A DNA stretch of 63,360 nucleotides, counting the filler, from Licmophora abbreviata (lineage: Eukaryota), in assembly GCA_900291995.1 (NCBI GenBank). It is 4 parts of 4 records of this genome, joined end to end, with 100 filler letters (N's around TTAATTAATTAA, not from the genome) between each part and the next. Parts side by side here need not be neighbours in the genome. Positions count along the whole stretch, not along the records: positions 1 to 15,580 come from OLMU01002426.1; positions 15,681 to 35,358 come from OLMU01002429.1; 2 more parts are not named here. One strand, 5' to 3'. The notes beneath the pieces were generated by a model, which was not told where the DNA came from, ran no database searches, and worked only from the letters and a program-made list of their open reading frames with translations. Both the position numbers and the translations under genes were made by a program. Shown here in pieces: positions 11,551 to 21,540 of the stretch (position 1 is its first letter; each line of letters starts with the position of its first letter).

Positions 11551-12798
11551 CTATTGTATTTCCTCTTCCTTACGCTCTACTGGATCCCATACTCCCTGCC
11601 AGTCGTTCCCCAACAAGTTATAAAGCTGCCGATTGTACGGAGAAAAGAACTGTTCCAGCTTTGCGCGCGTCTCGTTACTCATGTGTTGCCCGCGGTATCT
11701 GCCCGCATACTTTTCAGAGGTGTCCTCCAATGGAACATACGGCAAGCCGATAAAATCAAGGACTTGTTTGTAAACTTCCTCTGTGTTGTCTTTCATGTAC
11801 TCGTTACGAAGAATGAGAAGATCGGAGCGATTCTTTCCAAAGTCTTCATACGCCTTGAACCAATGTCGTAGTTGAAGTGCGTATAGACCTCGACCCAGCG
11901 GTGCTTGTGTTCCGGTCCGCGTGTACTGCTTCCACGCTTCCATCTCAGCATCGGATCCAGCGAATGCATCAAATTCCTCTTGACTCTGCCAGTCTCGCAC
12001 AACTCCCAGCTTCCGTAGCGATTGCAAATCTCGATCAATCCACTCTTCAAACGTCATCCTTTTGGCCTGCTTGTTTCGTTTACTCGTCGATAGCATTGTG
12101 AAGTGCGAAAAGACTCGATCCACTGGATTTCTCAGTATAGCAAAGGTCTTGGCCCACGGAGTGACACACAAGAGCCGCTTCGGCACTCGATCTGACCAAA
12201 GTAGGTATCGCGGCGAATCGTCCAGAGCAACGAGGGACGTGTTCTTCTTGAGCAGACTGTAGTTCTCCTTCAATGCCCTCTTGAAGTTATCTCGATAAAT
12301 GACACGTGCCTTACCTCGTGGGATCCCTTTCTCAGTGGCAATTAGATTGTCGTAGACGACGTCGTAATAATGAATCTCCTTGATTCCTCGCGGATGAACA
12401 ATACTGGGGTGTTGATAGAGATAGTCTGACAAGGCTGTCGTCCCAGACTTCATGGCTCCCAACATGATGGCAAAGGGGGCGCGACGCGACACGACCTCGG
12501 GAGGAGGATACTCTGGCTTGCCCTCTTGGAGGCACTTGAAGTTGTCAAACTTGGCCCAGTCTTTACGTGGCACTGGCTTCACTGCACTCTTGAAGTCGAT
12601 ACTCTCTGGTGTCTTGATCGCTCCGCTCGTTTCAGATGAAAAATGGAAGGAACCGTCAGGAAAGAAAACTTCTTCTTGCTGTTTGTATTCCTTGGAAATA
12701 ATGTGAACGTCACGAACACCAGAGAACAGAGATCCGACCACTAGAAACAACGTCATAGCTGTCCATGCCTGGCAACGGTGTGACTGAACCAAAGTCAT
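11551..12798 (-). CDS. Membrane-anchored PAPS-dependent sulfotransferase (HS3ST/NDST sulfotransferase-domain-like)
   Basis: 5'-PSB motif LGAMKSGTTAL, KEIHYYD, SPRYL, 3'-PB motif ILRNPVDRVFSHF and GLYALQL. N-terminal TM segment after ATG 12798. Confidence 0.9.
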   Translation of the reverse strand: MTLVQSHRCQAWTAMTLFLVVGSLFSGVRDVHIISKEYKQQEEVFFPDGSFHFSSETSGAIKTPESIDFKSAVKPVPRKDWAKFDNFKCLQEGKPEYPPPEVVSRRAPFAIMLGAMKSGTTALSDYLYQHPSIVHPRGIKEIHYYDVVYDNLIATEKGIPRGKARVIYRDNFKRALKENYSLLKKNTSLVALDDSPRYLLWSDRVPKRLLCVTPWAKTFAILRNPVDRVFSHFTMLSTSKRNKQAKRMTFEEWIDRDLQSLRKLGVVRDWQSQEEFDAFAGSDAEMEAWKQYTRTGTQAPLGRGLYALQLRHWFKAYEDFGKNRSDLLILRNEYMKDNTEEVYKQVLDFIGLPYVPLEDTSEKYAGRYRGQHMSNETRAKLEQFFSPYNRQLYNLLGNDWQGVWDPVERKEEEIQ

Positions 12799-13214
12799 TG
12801 CCCCGTTGCTCGATTTCGAATCGCTGAAGTTGGAAGACGACTTTTCGTTTTGCTCTCTGGTCGAGTGCAAGTTCCCAGTTTTCGAGTTTGTGCTTGTTCG
12901 TGTCTTAGGTGCTGCTGCCTTGTCGTAATGGCGAACGGAGTCGTCTTGTGTGTGTGTGACCCTCTCCGAAGGTGAAGTGTGGCACCAAACTGCGTATGGT
13001 GCGTTGAGACACCCGCGGCCCGCGGCGCATCGAAAGTTTGGCGGGAGCTTCAGTCACGAGTGTGTTCAGACCCGGTAGGACTCCGCGCCGTCTGTACACA
13101 ATCGGTACGTCGCTCATGTCTGGACGCGATGCGATCCGATGTTGCTGTGTGGTCGTAGGTATACCTACAATCTAAAGTGGTCCTTTCAACTAATGCTACG
13201 CTTTACAGCTATCT

Positions 13215-14276
13215 TCACCGAGGTCGAGGGGAAAGATTGTAGCTTCCCATCAGCGCTTCGTCGAGCGACAGCGGCGTCGGTCGCTGGCCACTCGATACCG
13301 CAATGTCAGGCACTCCCTTGCTTCGTCTTGGAGGCCATAGACGACAAATGAGCTTTCCGTGAATCCAATCCACGGGAACGGGCCCACGGTGTCGACAGTC
13401 TAGCGAGAAAGGAGGAAAGTCGCCCTCAAGCCAGACATGGCCGGATGGCACAACATACGGACGTTGGACTTCGAGCATCTTGTCCGCCAATCGTTCTCCG
13501 GTATCCCACGAGTCGTCACACTGCGGCACCGGCACTATGCCCCAGTCATCCCAATCTGTGTAGTTGTCAGCATACTCTCCATATCTCCGAACTGTATCGC
13601 CTTCGACCCCAACGACGCGCTTGCACTTAGATTCACCTGTCTCGGGGTCCCTCCACAATACGATATCTCCCACCTTGTAGCTTCGTTTCAGTTGCAGCAG
13701 GCGACTCCATGCGCCTGTACTCGATAGAAAGATGTCACCTATAGGATGAATAGTCGGAAGCATACTCGCCCCCTTCGTTTGAACAAAGACTAGGGGAGAC
13801 GTATCTTCTGACAAGACGAGGACCACCAACACAATGACAAAGGGAATCCTCTTGGCCGTTGCAATCCATTGATCACGTCCAAACGAAGAAAAGCCTCCAG
13901 GCATACAAGGGCGTGCAGGAAGAAATCGTCTCAGCTGTTCTACTACTCCGGAAGAGGGTGTTTCGCCGTTTACTTTGCTGGTGATGGGCGCCTTCCCCTG
14001 CTGTATTTCTTTCCGACGTTTCGCGTTCTCCTCTTTTCTTTCCATCAATCGCCGCTCTTTTCGTGAAAGTTGTTTCGCCGTTGTCGGTCTTCTCTTACTA
14101 TAATATAAGGCTGTCTTGAACCGATAGCATCCGATGAGGTGATGTTTCGGCGGCCGCAGCAGCAGCTCCTGGAGGCACCTCCGGGGCGGCGACGCGCCGC
14201 TGCGGCTTTTGCGGAGATTCGACGAGAGGAAGAAGAAAGGCATTTCCAGCCGGCTCACAAGCAATCGATGTGGCAT
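13215..14276 (-). CDS. IMP1: Mitochondrial inner membrane peptidase (S26, IMP1-like)
   Basis: GASMLPT (catalytic Ser), GDIV, CKRVVGVEGD (catalytic Lys), VPSGHVWLEGD and GPVP, preceded by a TM segment. Confidence 0.8.
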   Translation of the reverse strand: MPHRLLVSRLEMPFFFLSSNLRKSRSGASPPRRCLQELLLRPPKHHLIGCYRFKTALYYSKRRPTTAKQLSRKERRLMERKEENAKRRKEIQQGKAPITSKVNGETPSSGVVEQLRRFLPARPCMPGGFSSFGRDQWIATAKRIPFVIVLVVLVLSEDTSPLVFVQTKGASMLPTIHPIGDIFLSSTGAWSRLLQLKRSYKVGDIVLWRDPETGESKCKRVVGVEGDTVRRYGEYADNYTDWDDWGIVPVPQCDDSWDTGERLADKMLEVQRPYVVPSGHVWLEGDFPPFSLDCRHRGPVPVDWIHGKLICRLWPPRRSKGVPDIAVSSGQRPTPLSLDEALMGSYNLSPRPR

Positions 14277-14588
14277 TGCTACTCCTGCAATGTTGTTCTA
14301 TGATCATCACGTTCACTCAACGACTGGTAGTGAAGAATTGTGGATGCCGTTCGTTTTCGTTTTTGTATCATAGATGAGAGACAGCGGCGGCGTCATCGGG
14401 TGATCGGGTGGTGGCGTAGGCGACTAACTCGATTCCGATAATTCCACATCATTTGAACACACTTTCGCGACCGGATACTGCGAAGTAGTCTAACAAGACA
14501 AACGCCTGAAATCACACAAAGGCAAAGAGAAATTGTGCAAACAGAGAAAGACTTAGTAATTTACTTTTGTTGTGCACTGAGCGATTAT

Positions 14589-15580
14589 TTAGTCCATGGA
14601 TGCAATCTCTTTAGCAAGGTTCTCGGGCGTCATACCAAGCTCGGTCATGACGATGTCTCCCGGTGCGGAGAAGCCGAAACGGTCAACACCAACAACCTTG
14701 CTGGCGTACTTGTACCAAAGACCACTCACACCAGCCTCGATGGCAATGCGCTTCGTGCACGACGAAGGAAGCACGCTCTCCTTGTAATCATCACTCTGGC
14801 GCTCGTACGCTTCCATGCATGGCATCGACACGACACGGGCTCCCGGAAGGTCGGCGGCAGCCTTGAGGGCATGCGGGACCTCCGATCCAGTAGCGAGAAT
14901 GATCATCTCCAAATCACCACTCTCCTTCTTGGCAACGTATCCTCCCTTGAGGGCACCCTCACGCCGTTCCATGGCAGGCATGGCATCATTTTGGTCAATA
15001 TTCTGACGGGAAAAGATCAGAGCGGTCGGGCCCTCCTTACGAGTGACGGAACTGACAAAGGCAGCAACAGTCTCCTCAGCATCACCGGGACGGTAGACAT
15101 CAAGGTTAGGGATAACACGGAGGCCACTGACAGTCTCGACAGGCTGATGAGTGGGACCATCCTCTCCGACTCCGATAGAGTCGTGGGTGAGAATGTAGGA
15201 CACAGCGTTAAGCTCCGAAAGGGAAGCAACGCGCACAGTGGCGCGAAAGTAATCAACAAAGACAAGGAATGTGGATCCCGAGATCTTGAAGAGTCCATGG
15301 TAACCGAATCCGTTCATGATGGATCCCATGGCGTGCTCGCGAATACCAAAGTAAAGGTTCTTTCCCCCGTAGCTCTTGTCGAAACCAGCTCCAAAGTTTC
15401 CGCCACCCTCAATGTAGTTGCGCGTGGATCCGTGAAGATCGGCAGATCCCGAAACGTAGTGGGGAACAAGCTTAGAGATCTCCTGGATGACCTTGTAGCC
15501 CGAAACACGAGTGGCCTCAGCGGGAGCTTCAAGTTCCGGAATCTCCTTGATCATATCTGCCGCGGACATGACATTATCAT
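14589..15580 (-). CDS. TKT: Transketolase, C-terminal half (5' part lost in assembly gap)
   Basis: [54 protein letters not shown] and FGFSAP; strong codon bias. Confidence 0.95.
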
Positions 15581-15680
15581 NNNNNNNNNNNNNNNNNNNN
15601 NNNNNNNNNNNNNNNNNNNNNNNNTTAATTAATTAANNNNNNNNNNNNNNNNNNNNNNNNNNNNNNNNNNNNNNNNNNNN
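15581..15680. other. Artificial scaffold spacer N44-TTAATTAATTAA-N44
   Basis: N runs flank a 12-mer with stops in all six frames; identical at three places in the window. Confidence 0.95.
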
Positions 15681-16850
15681 CATATGATACAGGAGAATCA
15701 GGAAAGGCGAGTGTTAACGATTGGTGAGGATGGCATCAAGCGCAAGGTCTTGCTGGTCCGACCGAATGTCTTGATTGATCCGGTATGGGAAACGATCTGT
15801 GCGGACGCTCGAGAGTCGGCTCCTCCACCTCCGCGGTGGACTTTTGGGATCATACCGAGCTCCCAGGCGAGAGAGGCTGACAACGCCAAGAGAGAGCGAT
15901 ACTTGCGAGATTCGGACATTGTTCAAACGGATGAGACAGAAATCCCGACGACTGACAAGGTTCTGCTGCTTGTTAGTCGTAGTCTGAACGACAAACAAAG
16001 TCTTCCTGGACATGTGTACAAGTATCTCATCCAAAAGTATCGGGAACGATGTATTGAACGAGAGGGTCTAGCGGCGTCGGTTCACAATGAAAATAGAGAC
16101 GATAGAATCGCCGAGAGTGCTGAAGAAAGAGACGATGGCGCTACATCGGCAGATATTTGCGACGAGGGGATTGGCAGTGACGACGTGGCACGAGCTCGTC
16201 GTCAGGACACTCACGCAGTAATCAAGCATGTGACAGCAACGCTACTGGATGTTCGACCAGGTTTCGCATCATCGCCTGTCATTACCGAAATGTCGGCGAC
16301 ATCAGTTGAAGGGCTTGTGTTCGGCGAGCTTTACGGTTCAGTGTTCCAAGAGATTGTTTCGGAGACAGAAGCGTCCGACGAAGCGTTGCTCGACAGTATT
16401 GCCTCGTTTGAAAAGTCACATTCAACTGAGATAGAGAAAAGCGTGGCGCGCTCAAATTCCATGGCGGACAGTATTTCGCAGCCAGCACTCGATGCTCTGA
16501 GAATGCTCCCAGACGCTCATGCCGCCGTCGATAAGCTCCGCCTATGTGTGCGCTTCCTGGAGGAAATATCCGTGTTCTTCGCTTCGCAGGGAGGTAGCGC
16601 TCATTTGTGTGCTGATTCGCTTCTAAAGATTGTCTGTCAGCACATTATTGCCGCCAAGGTGCCACATATCAATGCAGAAATCGTATTCCTAGAAGAGTTC
16701 GCAAGAGACGAGCAACTTCTTCGCGGGAAAGAAGGCTATGCCCTGGTTACTCTGCAGGCGTCGCTACACTTTCTCAATGCAAGTACTGACTTTGACGCTG
16801 ATATCTTTGAACAAGATGATGAAGACGAAGAAGGAGCACTGGTAGTCTAG
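15681..16850 (+). CDS. VPS9-domain protein (Rab5 GEF family), 5'-truncated by gap
   Basis: DKLRLC..., LCADSLLKIV, HINAEIVFLEEF and GKEGYALVTLQASLHFL form the VPS9 signature. Confidence 0.85.
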   Translation, partial: HMIQENQERRVLTIGEDGIKRKVLLVRPNVLIDPVWETICADARESAPPPPRWTFGIIPSSQAREADNAKRERYLRDSDIVQTDETEIPTTDKVLLLVSRSLNDKQSLPGHVYKYLIQKYRERCIEREGLAASVHNENRDDRIAESAEERDDGATSADICDEGIGSDDVARARRQDTHAVIKHVTATLLDVRPGFASSPVITEMSATSVEGLVFGELYGSVFQEIVSETEASDEALLDSIASFEKSHSTEIEKSVARSNSMADSISQPALDALRMLPDAHAAVDKLRLCVRFLEEISVFFASQGGSAHLCADSLLKIVCQHIIAAKVPHINAEIVFLEEFARDEQLLRGKEGYALVTLQASLHFLNASTDFDADIFEQDDEDEEGALVV

Positions 16851-16862
16851 ATTGATGCGTAA

Positions 16863-17615
16863 CTACTTCTTGTCGCGCGGCCAGAATGTCAAACCAACTG
16901 TGCCATACGATGCTTCAACTCGTTCGACGCCCTCTGGATCTAACTCCAGCAGTTCCTCCTTGGTCATTCTCATCCGGTTCAGCGAGCCCCTTACCATTTC
17001 TGTCGTTCGCTTTGATGGTGGCACATAGAAGCCTGGAGCTTGATTACCATCGTCGATTTCCATAGTTTCACACGTGAGAATCTGAACCGCATCGCCGACA
17101 GAAATAGTTCCTCCTTCCAGCACTTCGCAGGATACACCTGCTTCCATCCACAAACTTTTCATCAATCCTGGCAAGGCGTTCTTCCGTTCATTGTACATAC
17201 ATGGGACACAGTGTCGATGTACGAGGATTCGACAGGTGCCGCCGAGAGTGACGACATGTCCAGCCGCAGAAAGCAGTTCCTCGGCCGTCAGTCCTCTCAC
17301 GACAATATTGCGTCGTAAATCTCCAAGACTTTTCGGCTCTGTCAATCCATGTTGGTTTACGGCAGCCTCAATTGAATCAGCACTAAGCATGGTTAGTTGT
17401 CGGCCTGGCTCGCGTTCGCCTGGCTTCTTCTTGGATATCCGCAGAACAGAGTAGGTGCCGACGTTCTCGCAGTATCTGTCCCCTTCGAGACCCTTTCCAG
17501 CAATCAGTGTCGCCTTCTCAACAGCTTGCATGGGACCAGACGCCACAGGCGATACGAAAATTCCTTCTATTGACATGGTGGCACAGTACTTCAGATTGAC
17601 ATCATCTGTTTCCAT
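16863..17615 (-). CDS. MOSC-domain protein (YiiM/YuaD-like)
   Basis: GLEGDRY, RQLTM, LRRNIVVRG, CVPC and GVSCEVLEGGTISVGD. Confidence 0.85.
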   Translation of the reverse strand: METDDVNLKYCATMSIEGIFVSPVASGPMQAVEKATLIAGKGLEGDRYCENVGTYSVLRISKKKPGEREPGRQLTMLSADSIEAAVNQHGLTEPKSLGDLRRNIVVRGLTAEELLSAAGHVVTLGGTCRILVHRHCVPCMYNERKNALPGLMKSLWMEAGVSCEVLEGGTISVGDAVQILTCETMEIDDGNQAPGFYVPPSKRTTEMVRGSLNRMRMTKEELLELDPEGVERVEASYGTVGLTFWPRDKK

Positions 17616-17853
17616 TGTGCCGAGCCGATAGACGAAGTTTTGGAAGTTTTGCCGGGAAACTCTACTCGAATGAATCAACTCACGACACCGAGCGTCAACC
17701 TCAAACCGGCGGCGCTGGACCACAGATGCGCCTACCCGAGCGCGAGCGAGGTGGTGCTATCATACCGGTTATACCAACATGGCGCGCACGGCGAAGACAC
17801 TACACACCTACTGCCACTACAAGAGTGAACAATGGGATCAACAAAGTCTATTT

Positions 17854-19123
17854 TCATTCGCCTGCAAAATCCATCACGTACCGGATTGCTTCAAGGTTCT
17901 TAAGCTCGTCGGGAATGTAGTACTTTTCAAACACGAGGGGAAAGGGAGTATCGTATCCGCACACTCGCTGAATGGGCGCCTCCAGCGACAAGAAGCATCG
18001 CTCCTGCATCTTGGCAACAATCTCGGCTCCAAATCCACACGTCACCGGTGCCTCATGACTCACCACCAACTTTCCCGTCTTCCTTACACTGCGTTCGACA
18101 GTCTCCACGTCCCAGGGCAAGATGGTTTGGAGATCAACTAGTTCACAGCGAATGCCGTATTGCTGGAAAGCCAGATCGCAAGCCTGCCGCAACACGCGCA
18201 GTTGTCCTCCCCATCCCACCACTGTCACGTCGCTACCCTCCCTCAACACTTCTGCCTGCCCTAAAGGAATTTCATATTCACCTTCCGGGACTTCTTCCAC
18301 CGCTGCTCGGTACAACGCCTGCAAAGAATGACGTTGTGAGAACGAAGAGTTGATTCCACAAGAGAGAAGAACGTCCCTGTCAGTCAATCCTTGCAGAAAC
18401 TAACCTTGGGCTCTAGAAATATGACTGGATCCTGACTTCGAATGGAGCTGAGTAGCAATCCCTTGGCACTCTTAGGACCACGCGGCATGACGACAACCAA
18501 TCCAGGTGTATGTGCTAAATAGGCCTCTGGACTCTGACTGTGGTAGTGACCTCCATGTCCGACAGCTCCACAGGGAGCGCGTAGCGTCACTCCTCCACAG
18601 TTCCACTGGTTACCACTGCGATACCGAAACTTGGCCATCTCATTGACAATCTGGTCGAATGCCGGAAAAATGTAGTCGGCGAACTGGCATTCAGCACTGT
18701 GTTGATGACGATCATAAGTTAAAACTCATCTTTCATCATTTTTCGTAATCCAGAGTTTCAATAAACTTACATTGCAGTCCCTCCCATACTTGCATATCCG
18801 ATAGCAAAGCCAGCAATTCCATTTTCGCTGAGCGGCGTGTTGAATACGCGTTCTTTCCCAAATTCTTCGCGTAGATTCTGAGAGCACCGAAAGACGCCAC
18901 CGAAGGCAACGTCCTCTCCAAAGACGACAGCCGAGTCGTCAGTCTTCATGGCAATGGACATGGCATTGTTGATGGCGGTAAAGAGATTCATGGATGTGTT
19001 CGTCTGAGTGACAGAATCAGTACTAGTTGTGACTGCGGATGAGAACAGGCGCCGGGCTCGAGCTACTTTCGAATTTGTCAAACGAGAAGAACAGCTCCGT
19101 GAAAGGATCATCACGGACCGCAT
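17854..19123 (-). CDS. BCKDHB: Branched-chain 2-oxo acid dehydrogenase E1 beta subunit, mitochondrial; introns 18697-18770 and 18319-18404
   Basis: Mitochondrial presequence; [62 protein letters not shown]. Both introns are GT-AG and in frame. Confidence 0.95.
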
Positions 19124-19728
19124 CGTTCGAGCGGGAACTCTTCAAGTCTGTTCGAGGTGACCTACAGATGACAAAGGGCGACGACAGGAACAAGAGCTGT
19201 CGCGAGGTGATATGCTCGACTAATCATCGACACACAGAATTCCGAACTTTGAACTTTGCGAATTCGAAACACGCGAAGACATCACATCAATGACACACCG
19301 GCGCGCGTTTTCAGGGTTCGCATACCACGTCACATGGGGATCTCCAATCTCGTTCGAACACTGTTTCGTACTTCCTGTCGAATGTGCGAATGGAGGCAAC
19401 GTACTGCATCCCCTTCACATGATTCACGAGAAGCACACACGCAATCTAGATAAAAGTATTTGTCCGTCTGCGGATACGCAGTTTGGAAGTTGTGCATATT
19501 GTGGTTGCTTGCTGAAGAATATTGAAACTGGGTGTCAACGCGTCAAGCAACTTATTTCTCTGATAAGGTTATACGTAATACGAGTACAAGTCGATGTAAC
19601 AAGTTTTCAACTAACCATTGAGAAAATAATCAGGTCTGTGTTAGCTTGGGGAGCCCCATACCTGTATCTAGTAGTCACGTGTGTTCTCATGGCTCGCACG
19701 TCTAGGTCTCGCATTCGCAGCCGTCAAA

Positions 19729-19983
19729 TTACTCCTCGTGTCCTTTACTTCTATTGGCCGCCCATCGGGCTGCAATGCTCCCCTTCTTGACACTATGACC
19801 CGCTCGCTTCTGCTTGTACTCTCTGTCACGCTCCGCTCGTTTCGCCTGAAGCTGCTTGCGGCTCTGGGCAGCATTCTCCGCCGCCTTGCGTTCGTCTTCT
19901 CCATTGTCACCCCCGCCCAGTCCTAAGCCTGCCAACTTTTGCTTGCCCAGGAGGCCAGCTGCCATTCCAGTAAACTTGTCCAT
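19729..19983 (-). CDS. Small basic helical protein, complexin-like (84 aa)
   Basis: Single-exon ORF with good start context (ACAATGG) and coding-like codon usage, occupying its own slot between BCKDHB and a methyltransferase. Sequence resembles complexin-3/4 (see findings). Confidence 0.65.
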   Translation of the reverse strand: MDKFTGMAAGLLGKQKLAGLGLGGGDNGEDERKAAENAAQSRKQLQAKRAERDREYKQKRAGHSVKKGSIAARWAANRSKGHEE

Positions 19984-20232
19984 TGTCGTTTTGCTGGTGA
20001 GACTTTCGAGAGGGCAAAGTGCCTAAAGTGTGAGCGTCGATCGCCGATGGAAGAGCCCTTTCATTCGAAGTATTGGAATGACCCAATAGTATCAATGGTC
20101 ACACAAATGACTGACACTTCTTAGTCACGGATGACGCAGTATAGGCGGGACGGCCGATGAAAGTTAACATGATTCATTCAATTCGATTGTGATTCATTCC
20201 CGGAGGCGTCGCGACATTCCCGCCGCTGCGCG

Positions 20233-21450
20233 ATGGCCGATGGCCGTCGCCCAACCACAACCATCACTTTGGAAGAACGTTATTCGCAAGCGTCCCATCG
20301 GCCACCCGCTCTAGCTCGAATGAAAGTTTCAGCGGCACACAGAGTCATTCTCTTTTTGTTATCCAGAACAGAACCCTCTAGATGGTCCAGGCGAACTTTC
20401 AAACGAAGGGCTCGCATTGACCGGATCCTGAAGCAGATCTCTTTGCCTCCTCTGCTGTTTCTTGAGAACGAACACGGTTCTATCTCTCTTGACGAGCATG
20501 GCACAGTCACTGTCCCCCTTTTAGATGCGCCACATGCTAATTGGGCATCGATCGACCCAATTTTTGACCCGCAACAAGGTGGAAAGCTTCGCGCCGACAC
20601 TCCTCGTGCGATGCGAAAGCGACGTCAGGTAGAAGCGTTTGCTTACGTCGTGTCGCAGCTGATGGAAGTTTCGAAGAACTCCCATTCTACGATCGTTGAT
20701 GCCGGTAGTGGAGCCGGAAATCTTTGCATCCCGCTTGTGGGACTGCTGTCGGATGATGATGCAATCGATGAAATATGTGCTGTGGATGTGAATCGAGTCG
20801 CGTTGGAGCGACTGGTGGCGAGAGCGCAGGAAGCGTCTGAACGATCGAGACGACAGACTCCTGGCCCAAGGATTACGACTCTATGTGCAGATCTTGCAAA
20901 AACTACATTACCAGAGGATACGGATATAGTACTCTCATTGCACGCTTGTGGGGCGGCTACCGATATGGCGATTCGACTTGCAACGACTCGCCAAGTGCCA
21001 TTTGTTGTGAGCCCGTGTTGTACCGCCAAGTCGGTCACCACCCGAACCTTGAATCGGTACGGGCCTTCAATTTCCACGGAACGGAGTGCAGCTCCTTCTG
21101 ATATGAGGTATCCTCGCTCACAGTGGTTGAGATCAAACTTGCGACCACTCCAAGTCGACAAGGAACTGACTAGTAGCAGTTCGTCTCCGGAAGAGCACTA
21201 TGAGCTATTGGCCAAAACAGCCGATGTTGGACTCGGGCCACAGACATCGCTCGAGCAGCGGTACCATCAACGAAAGGCCAAGCTTGTTATCGAGCTTGAC
21301 CGCCTGATGCATGCCAACGAGGCGCACGGCTATCAGGTACACCTGGTGCGACTGCGGGACCACGATGACTATGGCAAATCGGAGCTACTCCTTGGAGCTC
21401 CCAAGGACTCTATTGCTGCCAATGTGATATCAGCACTTACCATGCTATAG
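20233..21450 (+). CDS. SAM-dependent methyltransferase (Methyltransf_32, GSTCD C-terminal-like); start may be 20320
   Basis: RKRRQVEAF, IVDAGSGAGNL, LSLHACGAATD, VSPCC, YPRS and IELDRL. Confidence 0.85.
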   Translation: MADGRRPTTTITLEERYSQASHRPPALARMKVSAAHRVILFLLSRTEPSRWSRRTFKRRARIDRILKQISLPPLLFLENEHGSISLDEHGTVTVPLLDAPHANWASIDPIFDPQQGGKLRADTPRAMRKRRQVEAFAYVVSQLMEVSKNSHSTIVDAGSGAGNLCIPLVGLLSDDDAIDEICAVDVNRVALERLVARAQEASERSRRQTPGPRITTLCADLAKTTLPEDTDIVLSLHACGAATDMAIRLATTRQVPFVVSPCCTAKSVTTRTLNRYGPSISTERSAAPSDMRYPRSQWLRSNLRPLQVDKELTSSSSSPEEHYELLAKTADVGLGPQTSLEQRYHQRKAKLVIELDRLMHANEAHGYQVHLVRLRDHDDYGKSELLLGAPKDSIAANVISALTML

Positions 21451-21540
21451 AAGTATTGTAGATTACTACTGTATTTTTGCGGGAGTGTAATGACAGCACC
21501 GCTTGACGGGTGTGGTCTCACAAACAGACGCTCTACTAAG

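Noticed and set aside
15625..15636. TTAATTAATTAA repeated three times in the window, a possible biological repeat or recombination site
   Set aside because: Always centred in 44+44 Ns and has stops in all six frames, so it is an artificial contig linker.
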